DNA of 64,000 nucleotides, from positions 10,793 to 74,792 of the forward strand of contig DATJXW010000083.1 of assembly GCA_035499895.1 (NCBI GenBank), given 5' to 3'. This DNA comes from Polyangiaceae bacterium (GTDB taxonomy: Bacteria; Myxococcota_A; Polyangia; Polyangiales; Polyangiaceae). The position numbers and the translations under genes are program-made. A model generated the notes under the pieces. That model was not told the DNA's origin. It saw only the letters and a list, made by a program, of their open reading frames with translations, and made no database searches. Within the stretch, counting starts at the first letter, position 1, and every line of letters begins with the position of its first letter. Positions 41,492 through 51,575 of this stretch are shown piece by piece.

Positions 41492-43009
41492 TCACGCGGC
41501 GTCGCGTGACGCCATGTGCGCGGCGTTGAAGCCGCACATGCCGTGGACGCCGGCGCCCGGGTGCGCGTAGCTCGAGCAGAGGTAGAGGCCGCGCACCGGC
41601 GTGCGATAGCGGAAATAGGGAAAAACAGGGCGAAACACGAGCTGGCGGTACCAGGCGTTCGAGCCGCCGCCGAGGTCGCCGCCCCGGAGGTTCGCGTCCA
41701 TGGCTTCGAGGTCGGGCGGCGCGTAGTAGTGGCGCGCGAGGATGCTCTGACGGAAACCGGGCGCGAGCGCTTCGATGCGCTCTTCGACGCGATCGGCGAA
41801 GCGCGCCGCCTGGTCGGGGTGCCCCGCGGCGAAGTACGGCGGCACGCGCGAGTAGGCGTAAAGCGTGTGGCAACCGGCGGGGGCGCGCGACGCGTCCGCC
41901 AGCGTGTGCTGGCCGATGACGAGGTAGGGTCGCTCCGGCATGCGCCCGTCGCGCACCTCGCGCGTGAAGCGCGCCAGGTCGTCGATGCTCTCGCCCGCGT
42001 GCACGACGGCGCTCCGCCGCGCCGCCTCGACGCGCCACGGCACCGGCCCCGAAAGCGCCCAGTCGAGCTTGAAGGTTCCGAACCCGAGCTCGAAGCGCCG
42101 CATGCGCACGCGGAGCCAGCGGGGCACGTCGTTGCGCTCGAGCAGCGACAAGTAGAGCCCCGGCGCCGACGTGTCGGCGAGCACGCCGAGCCGCGTGCGA
42201 ATTTCCTGACCGTTCGCGAGCACGACGCCCTCGGCGCGCCCGCCGCGCACGATGACGCGCGTCACCGCCGCGCCGAGCGTCAGGTGCCCGCCGTGCTGCT
42301 CGAGCGTGGTGACGAGCGTGTTCGTGAGCGCGCGCGCGCCGCCGATGGGGAGCGCGTAGCCGCCGGTCGTCGCCGTGAGCCCGAGCACGTACGCGAGCGG
42401 CGCGCCGAGCGCGTCCTCGGGCCCCACGTCGACGTGCAGGCCGAGCGATGGGATCACGCGCCGCGCGGCTTCGCTCTCGAAGAGCGACCGCGCGAGTCCC
42501 CCGCTGCTGCGGAGGAGCAGCGTGGCGAGCCGCGCGAGCGCCGGCACGCCGAGCTTCACGAGCGGCACGAGCGCCGGAAACGGGCGGAGGAGCGCGTCGA
42601 GCAAGTGGCGCTCGATGCCGGCATGAAAGCGCGCAAGCTCCGCGAAGGTGGCGCCGTCCGCGCGCGTTCCGAAATGCGCGGCTTGCTCCGCGGGGTCGCG
42701 CGCGATGCAGGCGTAGCTGCCGTCGAGGGCGGGGTGGCAGCTTTCGAAGTGCGCGTTCGCCCACACGAGCCCCGCCGCTTCGAGACCGAGCTCGCGAAAA
42801 GCCGGGCTCGAGCGCCCGAACGGGAAAAAGCCCGCCCCCACGTCGTGAACGAAGCCGGGCAGCGTGAGCTCCTCGGACGCGACCGCGCCGCCGGGGCGCC
42901 GCGGGTGGGCTTCGAGCACGAGCACGCGGTAGCCGCGCCGCGCGAGCACGTTTGCGGCCACGAGCCCGTTCGGCCCGGAGCCGACGACGATGAAGTCGGG
43001 GTCGCTCAA
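41492..43009 (-). CDS. Phytoene-desaturase-family NAD(P)/FAD-dependent oxidoreductase
   Basis: FIVVGSGPNGLVAANVLARRGYRVLVLEA dinucleotide fold and a C-terminal CrtI-like region. TTG start. Confidence 0.8.
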   Translation of the reverse strand: MSDPDFIVVGSGPNGLVAANVLARRGYRVLVLEAHPRRPGGAVASEELTLPGFVHDVGAGFFPFGRSSPAFRELGLEAAGLVWANAHFESCHPALDGSYACIARDPAEQAAHFGTRADGATFAELARFHAGIERHLLDALLRPFPALVPLVKLGVPALARLATLLLRSSGGLARSLFESEAARRVIPSLGLHVDVGPEDALGAPLAYVLGLTATTGGYALPIGGARALTNTLVTTLEQHGGHLTLGAAVTRVIVRGGRAEGVVLANGQEIRTRLGVLADTSAPGLYLSLLERNDVPRWLRVRMRRFELGFGTFKLDWALSGPVPWRVEAARRSAVVHAGESIDDLARFTREVRDGRMPERPYLVIGQHTLADASRAPAGCHTLYAYSRVPPYFAAGHPDQAARFADRVEERIEALAPGFRQSILARHYYAPPDLEAMDANLRGGDLGGGSNAWYRQLVFRPVFPYFRYRTPVRGLYLCSSYAHPGAGVHGMCGFNAAHMASRDAA

Positions 43010-43065
43010 GCTCGTCTATCGTAGAACATTCGGCGTTCGGGCCCACGGCATGATACGACCGTTCG

Positions 43066-43584
43066 GTGATCGTTCTCGGCGTTGACCCCGGCACCCGCCG
43101 TCTCGGTTGGGGCGTGGTCGCGCGGGAAGGGAACCGGCTGCGCCATCTCGGTCACGGGGTGCTCGCCCTGCCGCCCGACCGTCCGCTCGCCGAGCGACTC
43201 ACCTTGATCGAGGCCGGCCTGTCGGAGGTCATCGCGCGTTTTCGTCCCGCCGCGAGCTCGGTCGAGACGCTGTTCTTCAACAAGGACGCGCAAGCCGCGG
43301 CAAAGCTCGGCCACGCGCGCGGCGTCGTGCTCCTCTGCTGCGCGCGCTCGGGCGTCGACGTCGCCGAGTACGCGCCGGCCCGCGTGAAGCGCACCGTCAC
43401 CGGCCACGGCGCGGCCGACAAACGCCAGGTCGCGCTGCTCGTGCGCGCGATGTTGTCGCTCGATGCCCCGCCGCCGAGCGACGCCGCCGACGCGCTCGCA
43501 CTCGCGCTCACCCACCTGCGTCAGGCGCCGCTCGCCGAGGCGCTGCGTCGCGTGACCGCGGCCGGCCGATTCCAGCATCGGTGA
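43066..43584 (+). CDS. ruvC: Holliday junction resolvase RuvC
   Basis: VIVLGVDPGTRRLGWGVV..., VETLFFNKD, DAADALALALTH. Confidence 0.9.
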   Translation: MIVLGVDPGTRRLGWGVVAREGNRLRHLGHGVLALPPDRPLAERLTLIEAGLSEVIARFRPAASSVETLFFNKDAQAAAKLGHARGVVLLCCARSGVDVAEYAPARVKRTVTGHGAADKRQVALLVRAMLSLDAPPPSDAADALALALTHLRQAPLAEALRRVTAAGRFQHR

Positions 43585-43638
43585 AGACGCGGTTGCCAGC
43601 CGCGTCGCAAGCTGCAAGAACACGCTCCTCTCACGCGT

Positions 43639-44391
43639 ATGAGGATCGAGAAGATGACGTTCTCCCGCTCGCGCCTTTTTGGTCTGGTGGCCGCCGGTTT
43701 CGCGAGCGCTGCGTTCGTCGGGTCGGCTTCGGCGGGCACGCCCGCACCGAGCGCGGCTCCTCCGCCGCATGCGCCGGCAGCTCCCGCGCCCGCTGCGCCG
43801 CCCACTGGCCTTTCGGCCGATCAAATCGCCGATCGCGTGCAGGCCTTTTACGACAAGACCAAGACCTTCAAGGCCGCGTTCAAGCAGGTCTACACGGCGA
43901 AGGCGTACGCGAAGACGAAGGAAGGCGTCGGCACCGTCATCCTCGAAAAGCCCGGGAAGATGAGCTGGCGTTACACCAACAACGGTAACCGCATCGTCTC
44001 CGACGGGAAGGTCATTCGCGTCTACGAAAAAGAGAATCAGCAGATGTACGAGCAGCCGCTCGACAAGAGCCCTTATCCGGCGGCGCTCGCATTTCTCGTC
44101 GGCACCGGCAGCCTCAAGCAGACGTTCAAGCTGACGAAGGTCGACCCCGCGGAAGCGAAGTTCGAAGGCGGCCTCGTGCTCATGGGCGAACCGCGCGAAG
44201 CGACGCCCGCGTATCAGAAGATGATCCTTTACGTCGACGCGGCGACGTATCAGGTGCGGCGCGTGCTGCTCTTGGACGCGCAGGGGAACAAGAACCGTTT
44301 CGACTTCACGAGCACCGAAGTGAACAAGGCGCCGCCGCCCGGTGAGTTCGTGTTCACGCCGCCGAAGGGCACTCAGGTCGTGCGTCCGTAG
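43639..44391 (+). CDS. LolA-like outer-membrane lipoprotein carrier family protein
   Basis: Signal peptide. VQAFYDKTKTFKAAFKQ...GTVILEKPGKMSWRY...SDGKVIRVYE. Confidence 0.7.
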   Translation: MRIEKMTFSRSRLFGLVAAGFASAAFVGSASAGTPAPSAAPPPHAPAAPAPAAPPTGLSADQIADRVQAFYDKTKTFKAAFKQVYTAKAYAKTKEGVGTVILEKPGKMSWRYTNNGNRIVSDGKVIRVYEKENQQMYEQPLDKSPYPAALAFLVGTGSLKQTFKLTKVDPAEAKFEGGLVLMGEPREATPAYQKMILYVDAATYQVRRVLLLDAQGNKNRFDFTSTEVNKAPPPGEFVFTPPKGTQVVRP

Positions 44392-44485
44392 CCAATGTAG
44401 GTGCGTGAACGACTCGCGTGCGAGCACGTTGACGCGCCGGGCTAAGGGATAGGCAAGTGCCGGTCGTTCTGGCACTCTGCCCACG

Positions 44486-45559
44486 ATGACCAAGCTTTGC
44501 GAGCTCATCGGAAGGGGATGGCTCAGGGTCGCGCTGCTCCTCGCCCTGTTCTCCCTTTCGAATACCGCGCGCGCCGAAGAGAAGATCTCCGATCAGGCCA
44601 AGCTCTACTTCAAGAACGGCGTCGACCTGATCCAGGCGAATCCGCCCAATTATCAGGACGCTTACTACCAATTCAAGCTCGCCTGGGACAACAGCCACAG
44701 CTGGAAAGTGCTCGGTAATCTCGGTCTTTGCGCCTTCAAGCTCGAGCGCGACGGCGAGGCGCTCCAAGACTACACGGACTACCTCAAGGCCGGCGGCAAG
44801 CAGATCGATCCGGAAGAGCGCAAGGCGATGGAGCGCGACTCGCTGCTCATCTCCGGCAACACGGCGGTCGTTCACCTCGGCTCCGACGCGCCCGACGCGA
44901 GCGTCCTCGACGCGCGCGCCGGCAGCAGCGTGCCGCCGCAAACCTACAAGCTCGACGCCGCGGGCCTCGACCTCCGACTGCGAGCCGGCACGCACACGCT
45001 CACGGCGAGCACCGCCGACGGCAAGCAGCAGCGCTGGGACGTGACCGTCACGCCGGGCCAAACCGTCGAGCACCGCTTCGAGTTCAACACCGCCGCGGCC
45101 GCGCCCGTCGTCGCGCCCGTCGCGCCGCCGCCCACGACTCCGCCGCCCGCAACGACTCCGCCGCCGGCTCAGGCCGATCAGGGCGCGGGCAAGAACGGCG
45201 GTTCCCCGCTTCGGACCGTCGGGTTCGTGGCCACGGGCGTCGGCGGCGTCGCGCTCATCAGCGGCGTGGTGACGGGCATCATGGCCAAAAAGAAGTCGTC
45301 GAAAGCCACCGATCAGTGCACGGACAAGGTGTGCCCGACCGCCGCCGCCAAGGACTTCGACTCGGCGTCGTCGCTCGCGTCCGTCACGGACGTGCTCCTC
45401 ATCGGCGGCGCGGTCGTCGCGGCCGCGGGCGTCACCCTCGTCATCGTCGGGGGCAACGGCAACGCCCAGCCGGCGCAGCGCGCGAGCGCGCCGCACCTCG
45501 AGCTCACGCCCGTGTTCGCGTCGAACGGCGGCGGTCTCGTCGCGCACGGCTCGTTCTGA
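44486..45559 (+). CDS. Secreted TPR-like / PEGA-like protein with C-terminal TM anchor (paralogue of 2113..3111)
   Basis: It has the same architecture and the same juxtamembrane Cys pair (KATDQCTDKVCPTAAAKD compared with NDKGCFGNQCTAPAASL). Confidence 0.6.
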   Translation: MTKLCELIGRGWLRVALLLALFSLSNTARAEEKISDQAKLYFKNGVDLIQANPPNYQDAYYQFKLAWDNSHSWKVLGNLGLCAFKLERDGEALQDYTDYLKAGGKQIDPEERKAMERDSLLISGNTAVVHLGSDAPDASVLDARAGSSVPPQTYKLDAAGLDLRLRAGTHTLTASTADGKQQRWDVTVTPGQTVEHRFEFNTAAAAPVVAPVAPPPTTPPPATTPPPAQADQGAGKNGGSPLRTVGFVATGVGGVALISGVVTGIMAKKKSSKATDQCTDKVCPTAAAKDFDSASSLASVTDVLLIGGAVVAAAGVTLVIVGGNGNAQPAQRASAPHLELTPVFASNGGGLVAHGSF

Positions 45560-45593
45560 GCGCTCGCTTCGATTGTCTTGGAGGATTTGAACA

Positions 45594-47339
45594 ATGAGTG
45601 CGATGTGGTCGATCAAGCGGGGGCGGATCGTAACGGCGAGCCTCGGAGTGCTCAGCGCGTGGGCCTGCACCGTGGCGAACAAGAGCGACTACACCTTCAC
45701 GGACACGCCCGAGGGTTCGGGCGGTAAGGGCGCTGCCGCGGGCAAGGGCTCGTCCACGGCCGGAAAAGCCGGCACTTCGGGCGAAGCCGGCATGATGGAG
45801 ACGAGCGGAACGGGCGGCACGCTCGGTCGCGGCGGTCGCGGCGCCGGGGGTCGCGGCACGCTGCTCGGCGGTCGCGGCGGCAATGCCGGAGAAGCCGGTG
45901 AGTCCGGCGCCGCGGGCGAAGCGGGCGCCAGCGGCAAGGGCGGCACCGCGGGCGAGAGCGGCGCCGGCGGTGAAGCGGGCGCGACACCGGTGAACAAGTG
46001 CGGCGACGGCAATCTCGACGCGGGCGAGCAGTGCGATCTCGGCGCGAACAACGGCGTCACCGCGTGCCCGTACGGTCAGATGTCCTGCACCGTGTGCACG
46101 ACCGCATGCAAGCGCGCGGCCGGCACGACGGCGTATTGCGGCGACGGCAAAGTCCAGGCGTCGCACGAGCAGTGCGACGACGGGAACACGATCATCGAGA
46201 CGTGCGCGTACGGCGACGCCGCGTGCACGGGCTGCGACAACAGCTGCAAGAGCCTCGCTGTTTACTGCGGCGACAAGGTCGTGAACGGCTCGCGGCTCAC
46301 GAGCATCAAGCTGGATTACGTCGGCCTCTGGGGCGGCTGCCCGTCGACCGCGCTCCCGTTCTATTTGAACGGCGTTCCCATTGCCAATGTGGCTCCAAGC
46401 TCCATTTGTAATTGCGGCACCACGACCATCCAGACCCTCACCATCACCGACGCGAACGTGCTCGCCGCGGTGAAGCCGAACGACAACGTGTTCGAGGTCT
46501 ACGGCCTCACGACGAGCACCTATGCGTACACGACGTGGGTCCGCATGACGTTCAGTTTCGAACAGGGTCCGGACATCGTCAGCGTCGTTTACGATCCGAA
46601 TCAGGAAGTGGGCAATCCGTACTTGTGCACCGATCCCGCGAAGACCAGCGTCTCGGTCGACACGCTCGGGTACGTCCAGTCGGCGCCGTTCGGCGGATTG
46701 CCGATCGAGCAATGTGACGGCAGCTCGAATTGCACCGGCTGCGAGACGCCGCTACCGAAGACGTGCGCCGACGTCCTTCACGCGAACGCCGCGGCCCCGG
46801 ACGGGCTCTACCGGATCGATCCCACGGGCGGTCTCGCGGACGACGCCATCACCGCGTTCTGCGACATGACGGACGGCGCCGTGAGCTACGAGGCGCTCGG
46901 CTTCGGCGACTGGAACACGTCGTACGACGGGTATACGATGGTCACCGACACCGACCTGCAAAACCCGCTGGTTCTACAAGCGCTACTCTGGCTCTACAAC
47001 GTGCAGGGCGGCATGTTCAACCTCGAGCCCGGCTGGGTGAGCACGGATTGCGCCTTCAGGACCTCGGACAGCTACATCAAGGTCAACACCAACGTTCCTG
47101 TCGTGCCGGCGGACCATGCGCAAACCGTCAATCAATGGCATTGTAACCTTTACGATCAAGGTGGGAACAACATCGGCAACTACACCGACGCCTTGATGAA
47201 GTTCGCCATGTTCTCCCCCACGAACCAGACCGAAACGCCGCCGGTCATCCTCAATTTCTTCACCTCGAACCCGATCACGCTCGTGGCGACTCAAGGCAGC
47301 ACCTATCCCGGCCCCGCCTTCTTCTTCAAGAAGCAGTGA
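45594..47339 (+). CDS. Secreted protein with Gly-rich linker, myxococcal Cys-rich repeats (CGDG..EQCDDGN) and a C-terminal FReD-like region
   Basis: KCGDGNLDAGEQCDLGANNG, YCGDGKVQASHEQCDDGNT and YCGDKVVNG, then TCADVLHANAAAPDGLYRIDPTGG...AFCDMTDG. Confidence 0.7.
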   Translation: MSAMWSIKRGRIVTASLGVLSAWACTVANKSDYTFTDTPEGSGGKGAAAGKGSSTAGKAGTSGEAGMMETSGTGGTLGRGGRGAGGRGTLLGGRGGNAGEAGESGAAGEAGASGKGGTAGESGAGGEAGATPVNKCGDGNLDAGEQCDLGANNGVTACPYGQMSCTVCTTACKRAAGTTAYCGDGKVQASHEQCDDGNTIIETCAYGDAACTGCDNSCKSLAVYCGDKVVNGSRLTSIKLDYVGLWGGCPSTALPFYLNGVPIANVAPSSICNCGTTTIQTLTITDANVLAAVKPNDNVFEVYGLTTSTYAYTTWVRMTFSFEQGPDIVSVVYDPNQEVGNPYLCTDPAKTSVSVDTLGYVQSAPFGGLPIEQCDGSSNCTGCETPLPKTCADVLHANAAAPDGLYRIDPTGGLADDAITAFCDMTDGAVSYEALGFGDWNTSYDGYTMVTDTDLQNPLVLQALLWLYNVQGGMFNLEPGWVSTDCAFRTSDSYIKVNTNVPVVPADHAQTVNQWHCNLYDQGGNNIGNYTDALMKFAMFSPTNQTETPPVILNFFTSNPITLVATQGSTYPGPAFFFKKQ

Positions 47340-48492
47340 CGAACCTCCGCTCCACACCGCCGTTCGTCCCGACGAACGCGTACGGCCGTGGTTCCCCGGC
47401 GCGGTAGGTGAAGGACCCCGGATTCATGTAGCCCGCCGTCGCTTCGGCGACGTGCGTGTGCCCGAAAATCACGAGCTCGGCGCCCGTGATGTCGCGCACG
47501 CGCGCGCTCGCTTGGCGGAGGCGCCGCACGGGGAGACCTTCGTAGCGGTTCCGGCCGCGGCGCTGCGACTCGAGGAGGTAGAGCGCACTCAGGGCGGCGA
47601 GTCCGTAGAGACTCCGGCTCTTCGCGAGCGCACCGAGGCCGACGCCCGCGCTCGCGCCGGCCGTCGCCACGATGCGATCGAAATAGAGTCGAAAGAACGC
47701 GCGCTCGAAGCTCTCGTGCGTCGGGCGCGGGCGGTCGTCGTCGAGCGCGCGCAGAATTTCTACATCGAGGCCGAGCTCCGACGCGGCGCCGCGGAGCAGA
47801 ATGTCGCCGTGCTCGCGTTCGCGGGCGAGCTCCGGACGCCAGCCGGCCTGACGGCAGAAACGCCCCGCCGTCACGAGGTAGCGCGCGAGCAAGAGCGGCA
47901 TGCGCGCCCCGAACACGCGCGTCGCCCGCACGATGGCCTCGAGCGGCGTGATTTCGGTGGCGTGGGCGAAGTCGAACGCGCGGTTCGGCGCGAGAAAGCG
48001 CCGTGTGAGCGCGACGCCGAGCGGCTCGGTCGTCACGCTGGGCCGAACGAGCGGATGCGTCGGCGCGTTGTCCGGATCATAAGCGTGGCCGTGCTCGACG
48101 TGGATTTTCCCGCGCTTCTCGAACCAGCGGGAACACGTGAGCGGCGCGCCTTCGCCGAGGTCGAGCCACCCGAGCAAGAGCGCGCGCGTCTCCGGATCGG
48201 CGAGCGCGGCGTCGTGGTTGCCGGGCAACACGGTGAGGCGTCCTGCACCGGTGAGGTGCGCTCGGACCGCCTCGCGGAGCTCGGGTTCGGCGCGGAGCAT
48301 CGCGAGCACGCTGTCCGAAGGGGCCCGCTCCGGAGCGTCGAGCGACAGGTTGAAGATGTCCCCGTTCAGCATGATCTCCGCGCCGCGGTGCGCTCGAACC
48401 AGCTCCGCGAGCGCGCGCCCGCTGTCCCGGCGAGACCCGTGTGAGAGATGCACGTCGCCCACGACGACGAGCGGCCGCTCGAGGATCGGCAT
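47326..48492 (-). CDS. Calcineurin-like metallophosphoesterase
   Basis: VVVGDVHLSHG, LNGDIFNL, LPGNHDAAL, HVEHGHAYD. Confidence 0.75.
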   Translation of the reverse strand: MPILERPLVVVGDVHLSHGSRRDSGRALAELVRAHRGAEIMLNGDIFNLSLDAPERAPSDSVLAMLRAEPELREAVRAHLTGAGRLTVLPGNHDAALADPETRALLLGWLDLGEGAPLTCSRWFEKRGKIHVEHGHAYDPDNAPTHPLVRPSVTTEPLGVALTRRFLAPNRAFDFAHATEITPLEAIVRATRVFGARMPLLLARYLVTAGRFCRQAGWRPELAREREHGDILLRGAASELGLDVEILRALDDDRPRPTHESFERAFFRLYFDRIVATAGASAGVGLGALAKSRSLYGLAALSALYLLESQRRGRNRYEGLPVRRLRQASARVRDITGAELVIFGHTHVAEATAGYMNPGSFTYRAGEPRPYAFVGTNGGVERRFVTAS

Positions 48493-48543
48493 GCGGCCGA
48501 GACCCTAGCACCCTACCGCACGCCTTTGTATGCTGCGCGCACG

Positions 48544-50427
48544 ATGGCAGGAGCGCTTCGCTCGCTCGGTGCACGCACCGCCGGACTCGCAGCCAAGGCG
48601 GTGTGGCCGCTCGTCATGGCCTACGCGGAGCGCTTCCCGAATGCGCCGTTTCAACCGCGCTGGGCGCCCGCGCCGCTCCAACGCAAAAAAGATCGCACCT
48701 TCCCGCCGCTCGGCTGGCCGCGCCGCACCGACTCGCTCTGCCCCGTCTGCGTGCGTGAAGCGCGAAGCGCCGTGCTCTCGGGCAAGCTCGATCTGAACGC
48801 GTTCATCGCCGAAAACCCGGGCGCGATCCCGGCCGAAATCGTCGAGGACGGTGGCCGCGTGCTCATGCGCAAGGAGTGCGCGAAGCACGGCCGCTTCGAG
48901 GACGTGATGAGCGTCGACCCCGCGTTCCTCGCGCGCATCGAGCGCTTGTTTCCCGGGCGCGACTACACGGCCCCGAAAACGCCGCTCCGCGAGCACGGCG
49001 CCTCGTCGGTGAAATACGGCCGCGGCTCCGTGCTCACCATCGATCTCACGAACCGCTGCAACATGATGTGCGATCCGTGCTTCATGGACGCCAATCAAGT
49101 CGGCTTCGTGCACGAGCTCGAGTGGGACGACGTGCAGAAGATCCTCGACGACGCGCTCAGCGTGAAGCCGAGGCGGCAGATGAGCGTGCAGTTTTCGGGC
49201 GGCGAGCCGACGTTGAGCCCCCATTTCTTGCGCGCGGTGAGCTACGCGCGTGAGGTCGGCTACTTCTCCGTGCAGTGCGCGTCGAACGGCATCCGCTTCG
49301 CGCAAGAGCCCGAGTTTTGCAAGCAGGCGCGCGCGGCCGGCTTGCGGCTTTGTTACCTGCAATTCGACGGCGTCACGAACGAAGCGAACTCGCACCGCAA
49401 GATCCAAAACCTCTTCGACGTGAAGCTCCACGCCATTCAAAACTTGGCGGCGGCCGGCATCGACGTCGTGCTCGTCGTCACGGTGGTGAACGGCGTGAAC
49501 GCCGATCAGGTCGGCCCCGTCGTGCGCTTCGCGATCGACAACGCCGACAAGGTGACGGTCGTGTCCTTTCAGCCCGTGAGCTTCACCGGCCGCGACGAAG
49601 AGATCGACGACGCGCGCCGCCACGCGCAGCGCTACACGCTGAGCCACCTCGCGCACGGCGTGAAGGCCCAGCTCGGCCTCACCGAGCCCGCGCGCGACTG
49701 GTTCCCGCTCTCGGCGATGAACCCGCTCAGCGACGTGGTCGATCTCCTGCTCGGCGCGAACGCGGAGTTTGGCGCGCTCAAATGCGGCTGCCATCCGAAC
49801 TGCGGCATCGGGACGGTGCTCCTCGTGAACAAACGCACGAAAGAGGTCGTGCCCGTCGCGGAGTTTCTCGATCTCGAAACGCTCCTCGCCGACGCTCAGC
49901 GCATCGCCGACGCCGGGCTCGGCCGCGGCCCCACGCTCGCGGCGCTCGCGCTCTCGCTCATGCGAAACTTCCGCGCCGAACGCGCCCCCCGCGGCTACTC
50001 GTTCCCCGAGCTCTTCCGGCAGTTCCAGAGTCAGATCGGCGCGAAGGGCGACCACATCGGCGAGAGCGAAGGGGACGCGCAAGGCTTCGAGTGGCGCTTT
50101 CTCTTCGTCGCCGGCATGTGGTTTCAGGACCTCTTCAACTACGACTTTCGTCGCACGGAGATGTGCATCATCCCGTACGGCACGCAGATGGGGGAAATCT
50201 CGTTCTGCGCGTACAACACGGGTGCCGGCTTCCGTCAGATCGTCGAGAGCATGAAGCGCACGGCGACCGTCGCCGAATGGTTCAAGACGCGCGGCCGCCA
50301 TCCCGTCTACGCGAAGAATCGCCCGCTCGCGCTGCCCGACACCGCGCTCGACATCGTCCTCGCGCACGAGGAGGAGCCGGCACCCGCCGTGAAGAAGCGC
50401 CGTCTGCCGCTCGTCGAACGCTTGTGA
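48544..50427 (+). CDS. Large radical SAM protein (MJ0619/Tes-like family candidate)
   Basis: N-terminal CPVC...ECAKHG zinc-ribbon-like segment and radical SAM cluster motif LTNRCNMMCDPCF. It is about 628 aa. Confidence 0.8.
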   Translation: MAGALRSLGARTAGLAAKAVWPLVMAYAERFPNAPFQPRWAPAPLQRKKDRTFPPLGWPRRTDSLCPVCVREARSAVLSGKLDLNAFIAENPGAIPAEIVEDGGRVLMRKECAKHGRFEDVMSVDPAFLARIERLFPGRDYTAPKTPLREHGASSVKYGRGSVLTIDLTNRCNMMCDPCFMDANQVGFVHELEWDDVQKILDDALSVKPRRQMSVQFSGGEPTLSPHFLRAVSYAREVGYFSVQCASNGIRFAQEPEFCKQARAAGLRLCYLQFDGVTNEANSHRKIQNLFDVKLHAIQNLAAAGIDVVLVVTVVNGVNADQVGPVVRFAIDNADKVTVVSFQPVSFTGRDEEIDDARRHAQRYTLSHLAHGVKAQLGLTEPARDWFPLSAMNPLSDVVDLLLGANAEFGALKCGCHPNCGIGTVLLVNKRTKEVVPVAEFLDLETLLADAQRIADAGLGRGPTLAALALSLMRNFRAERAPRGYSFPELFRQFQSQIGAKGDHIGESEGDAQGFEWRFLFVAGMWFQDLFNYDFRRTEMCIIPYGTQMGEISFCAYNTGAGFRQIVESMKRTATVAEWFKTRGRHPVYAKNRPLALPDTALDIVLAHEEEPAPAVKKRRLPLVERL

Positions 50428-50579
50428 CCGCGCTCCCGTTCGCGCATCCAGCGCGGCTGGAAACAACGCTGGTTTGGTTGGTGATTGGGCACGCCACCGT
50501 TCCCGAGACTGACTCGCATCCGTGACGCCCGAAGCTTCACGATCGATCCGCGTGGGTCTCCGGTGTAGTGTTGTCGGTC

Positions 50580-50960
50580 ATGAGTCCAGTCGAAAAGACG
50601 ATCGTGAAGTCTTTGGTGGCGGTGGCGTGGTCGGACGGGACGCTCGCGGAAGCCGAGTCCGGCATGATCGACAGCTTGCTCTGGGCGTTCGGCGCGAGCG
50701 ACGAGCAGGAGACCGAAATCCGGGAGTTTGCGAAGAAGAAGCGCACCATCAAGGGTGACATCGTCGCCAAGGCGCTCGACCCCGACGCGCGCGAGCTCCT
50801 CTTCGCCCACGCGGCGCTCCTCACGCACGCGGACGGCAAGCAGACGCCCGCCGAGGCGAAGCTCTTGAAGACGCTCGCCGAGCATCTCGAGTTTTCGGAA
50901 GAGCACGCCGAGCGCATCGTTTCGCACGCGCAAGAACGCGCGAAGGGCATGCGGGGTTGA
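50580..50960 (+). CDS. TerB-like (tellurite-resistance/DjlA N-domain-like) protein
   Basis: VAVAWSDGTLAEAESGMI ... LLTHADGKQTPAEAKLLKTLAEHL is the two-fold helical repeat typical of TerB. Confidence 0.55.
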   Translation: MSPVEKTIVKSLVAVAWSDGTLAEAESGMIDSLLWAFGASDEQETEIREFAKKKRTIKGDIVAKALDPDARELLFAHAALLTHADGKQTPAEAKLLKTLAEHLEFSEEHAERIVSHAQERAKGMRG

Positions 50961-50962
50961 GC

Positions 50963-51568
50963 ATGCGGCACTTGCTCGTGCTCGCCGGTTTCGGAACGCT
51001 CGCGCTCGCGTGCGGCGGGGGCCACGACGACTCGACCACCACGCTGGCCGGCGCGCCGCTCGACTGCGCTTGGCTCATGAGCAACAACTGCTGGAAGACG
51101 ACGGTCGCGGCGGCGGCGAGCTGCCTCCCCGATCCGTCGACGTCCGGCGTCCTCAGCGCCGACGGCAGCACGTGCACGTACGCGAGCGGCACGAACGTCA
51201 CGTTCGAGACGCCGCTGAAATTGCCCGTCGCCGACCTCGAGAATCAGCCGCCGTGGCATTTCACCGTCACCACGGGCGGGCAAGAGTGCGTCACCTACGA
51301 CGAGAATCCGAATTCGACGCAGACGCTCGACGTCCAGGGCATGACGTACAGCGACAAAACGGTGGGCATCGCCCTCCAAATCACCTGTCCGGACGGCTCG
51401 CAGTTCGCGGCGCAAAACGCGCTCAATCTGCTCGAGTGCTCCGACTTCTTCACGGACTCGCCCGGTTACGAGGACAATCCGACCGACACCTCGATGCGTT
51501 TCGCCTTCCTCAACGGCACCGACACGCCGCTCCAAGTGTTCGACTGCGAACAGGCGACGACGAACTAG
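50963..51568 (+). CDS. Hypothetical lipoprotein
   Basis: Lipobox LALAC. It has several Cys pairs and is coding-like. Confidence 0.5.
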   Translation: MRHLLVLAGFGTLALACGGGHDDSTTTLAGAPLDCAWLMSNNCWKTTVAAAASCLPDPSTSGVLSADGSTCTYASGTNVTFETPLKLPVADLENQPPWHFTVTTGGQECVTYDENPNSTQTLDVQGMTYSDKTVGIALQITCPDGSQFAAQNALNLLECSDFFTDSPGYEDNPTDTSMRFAFLNGTDTPLQVFDCEQATTN

Positions 51569-51575
51569 AGCGCGC

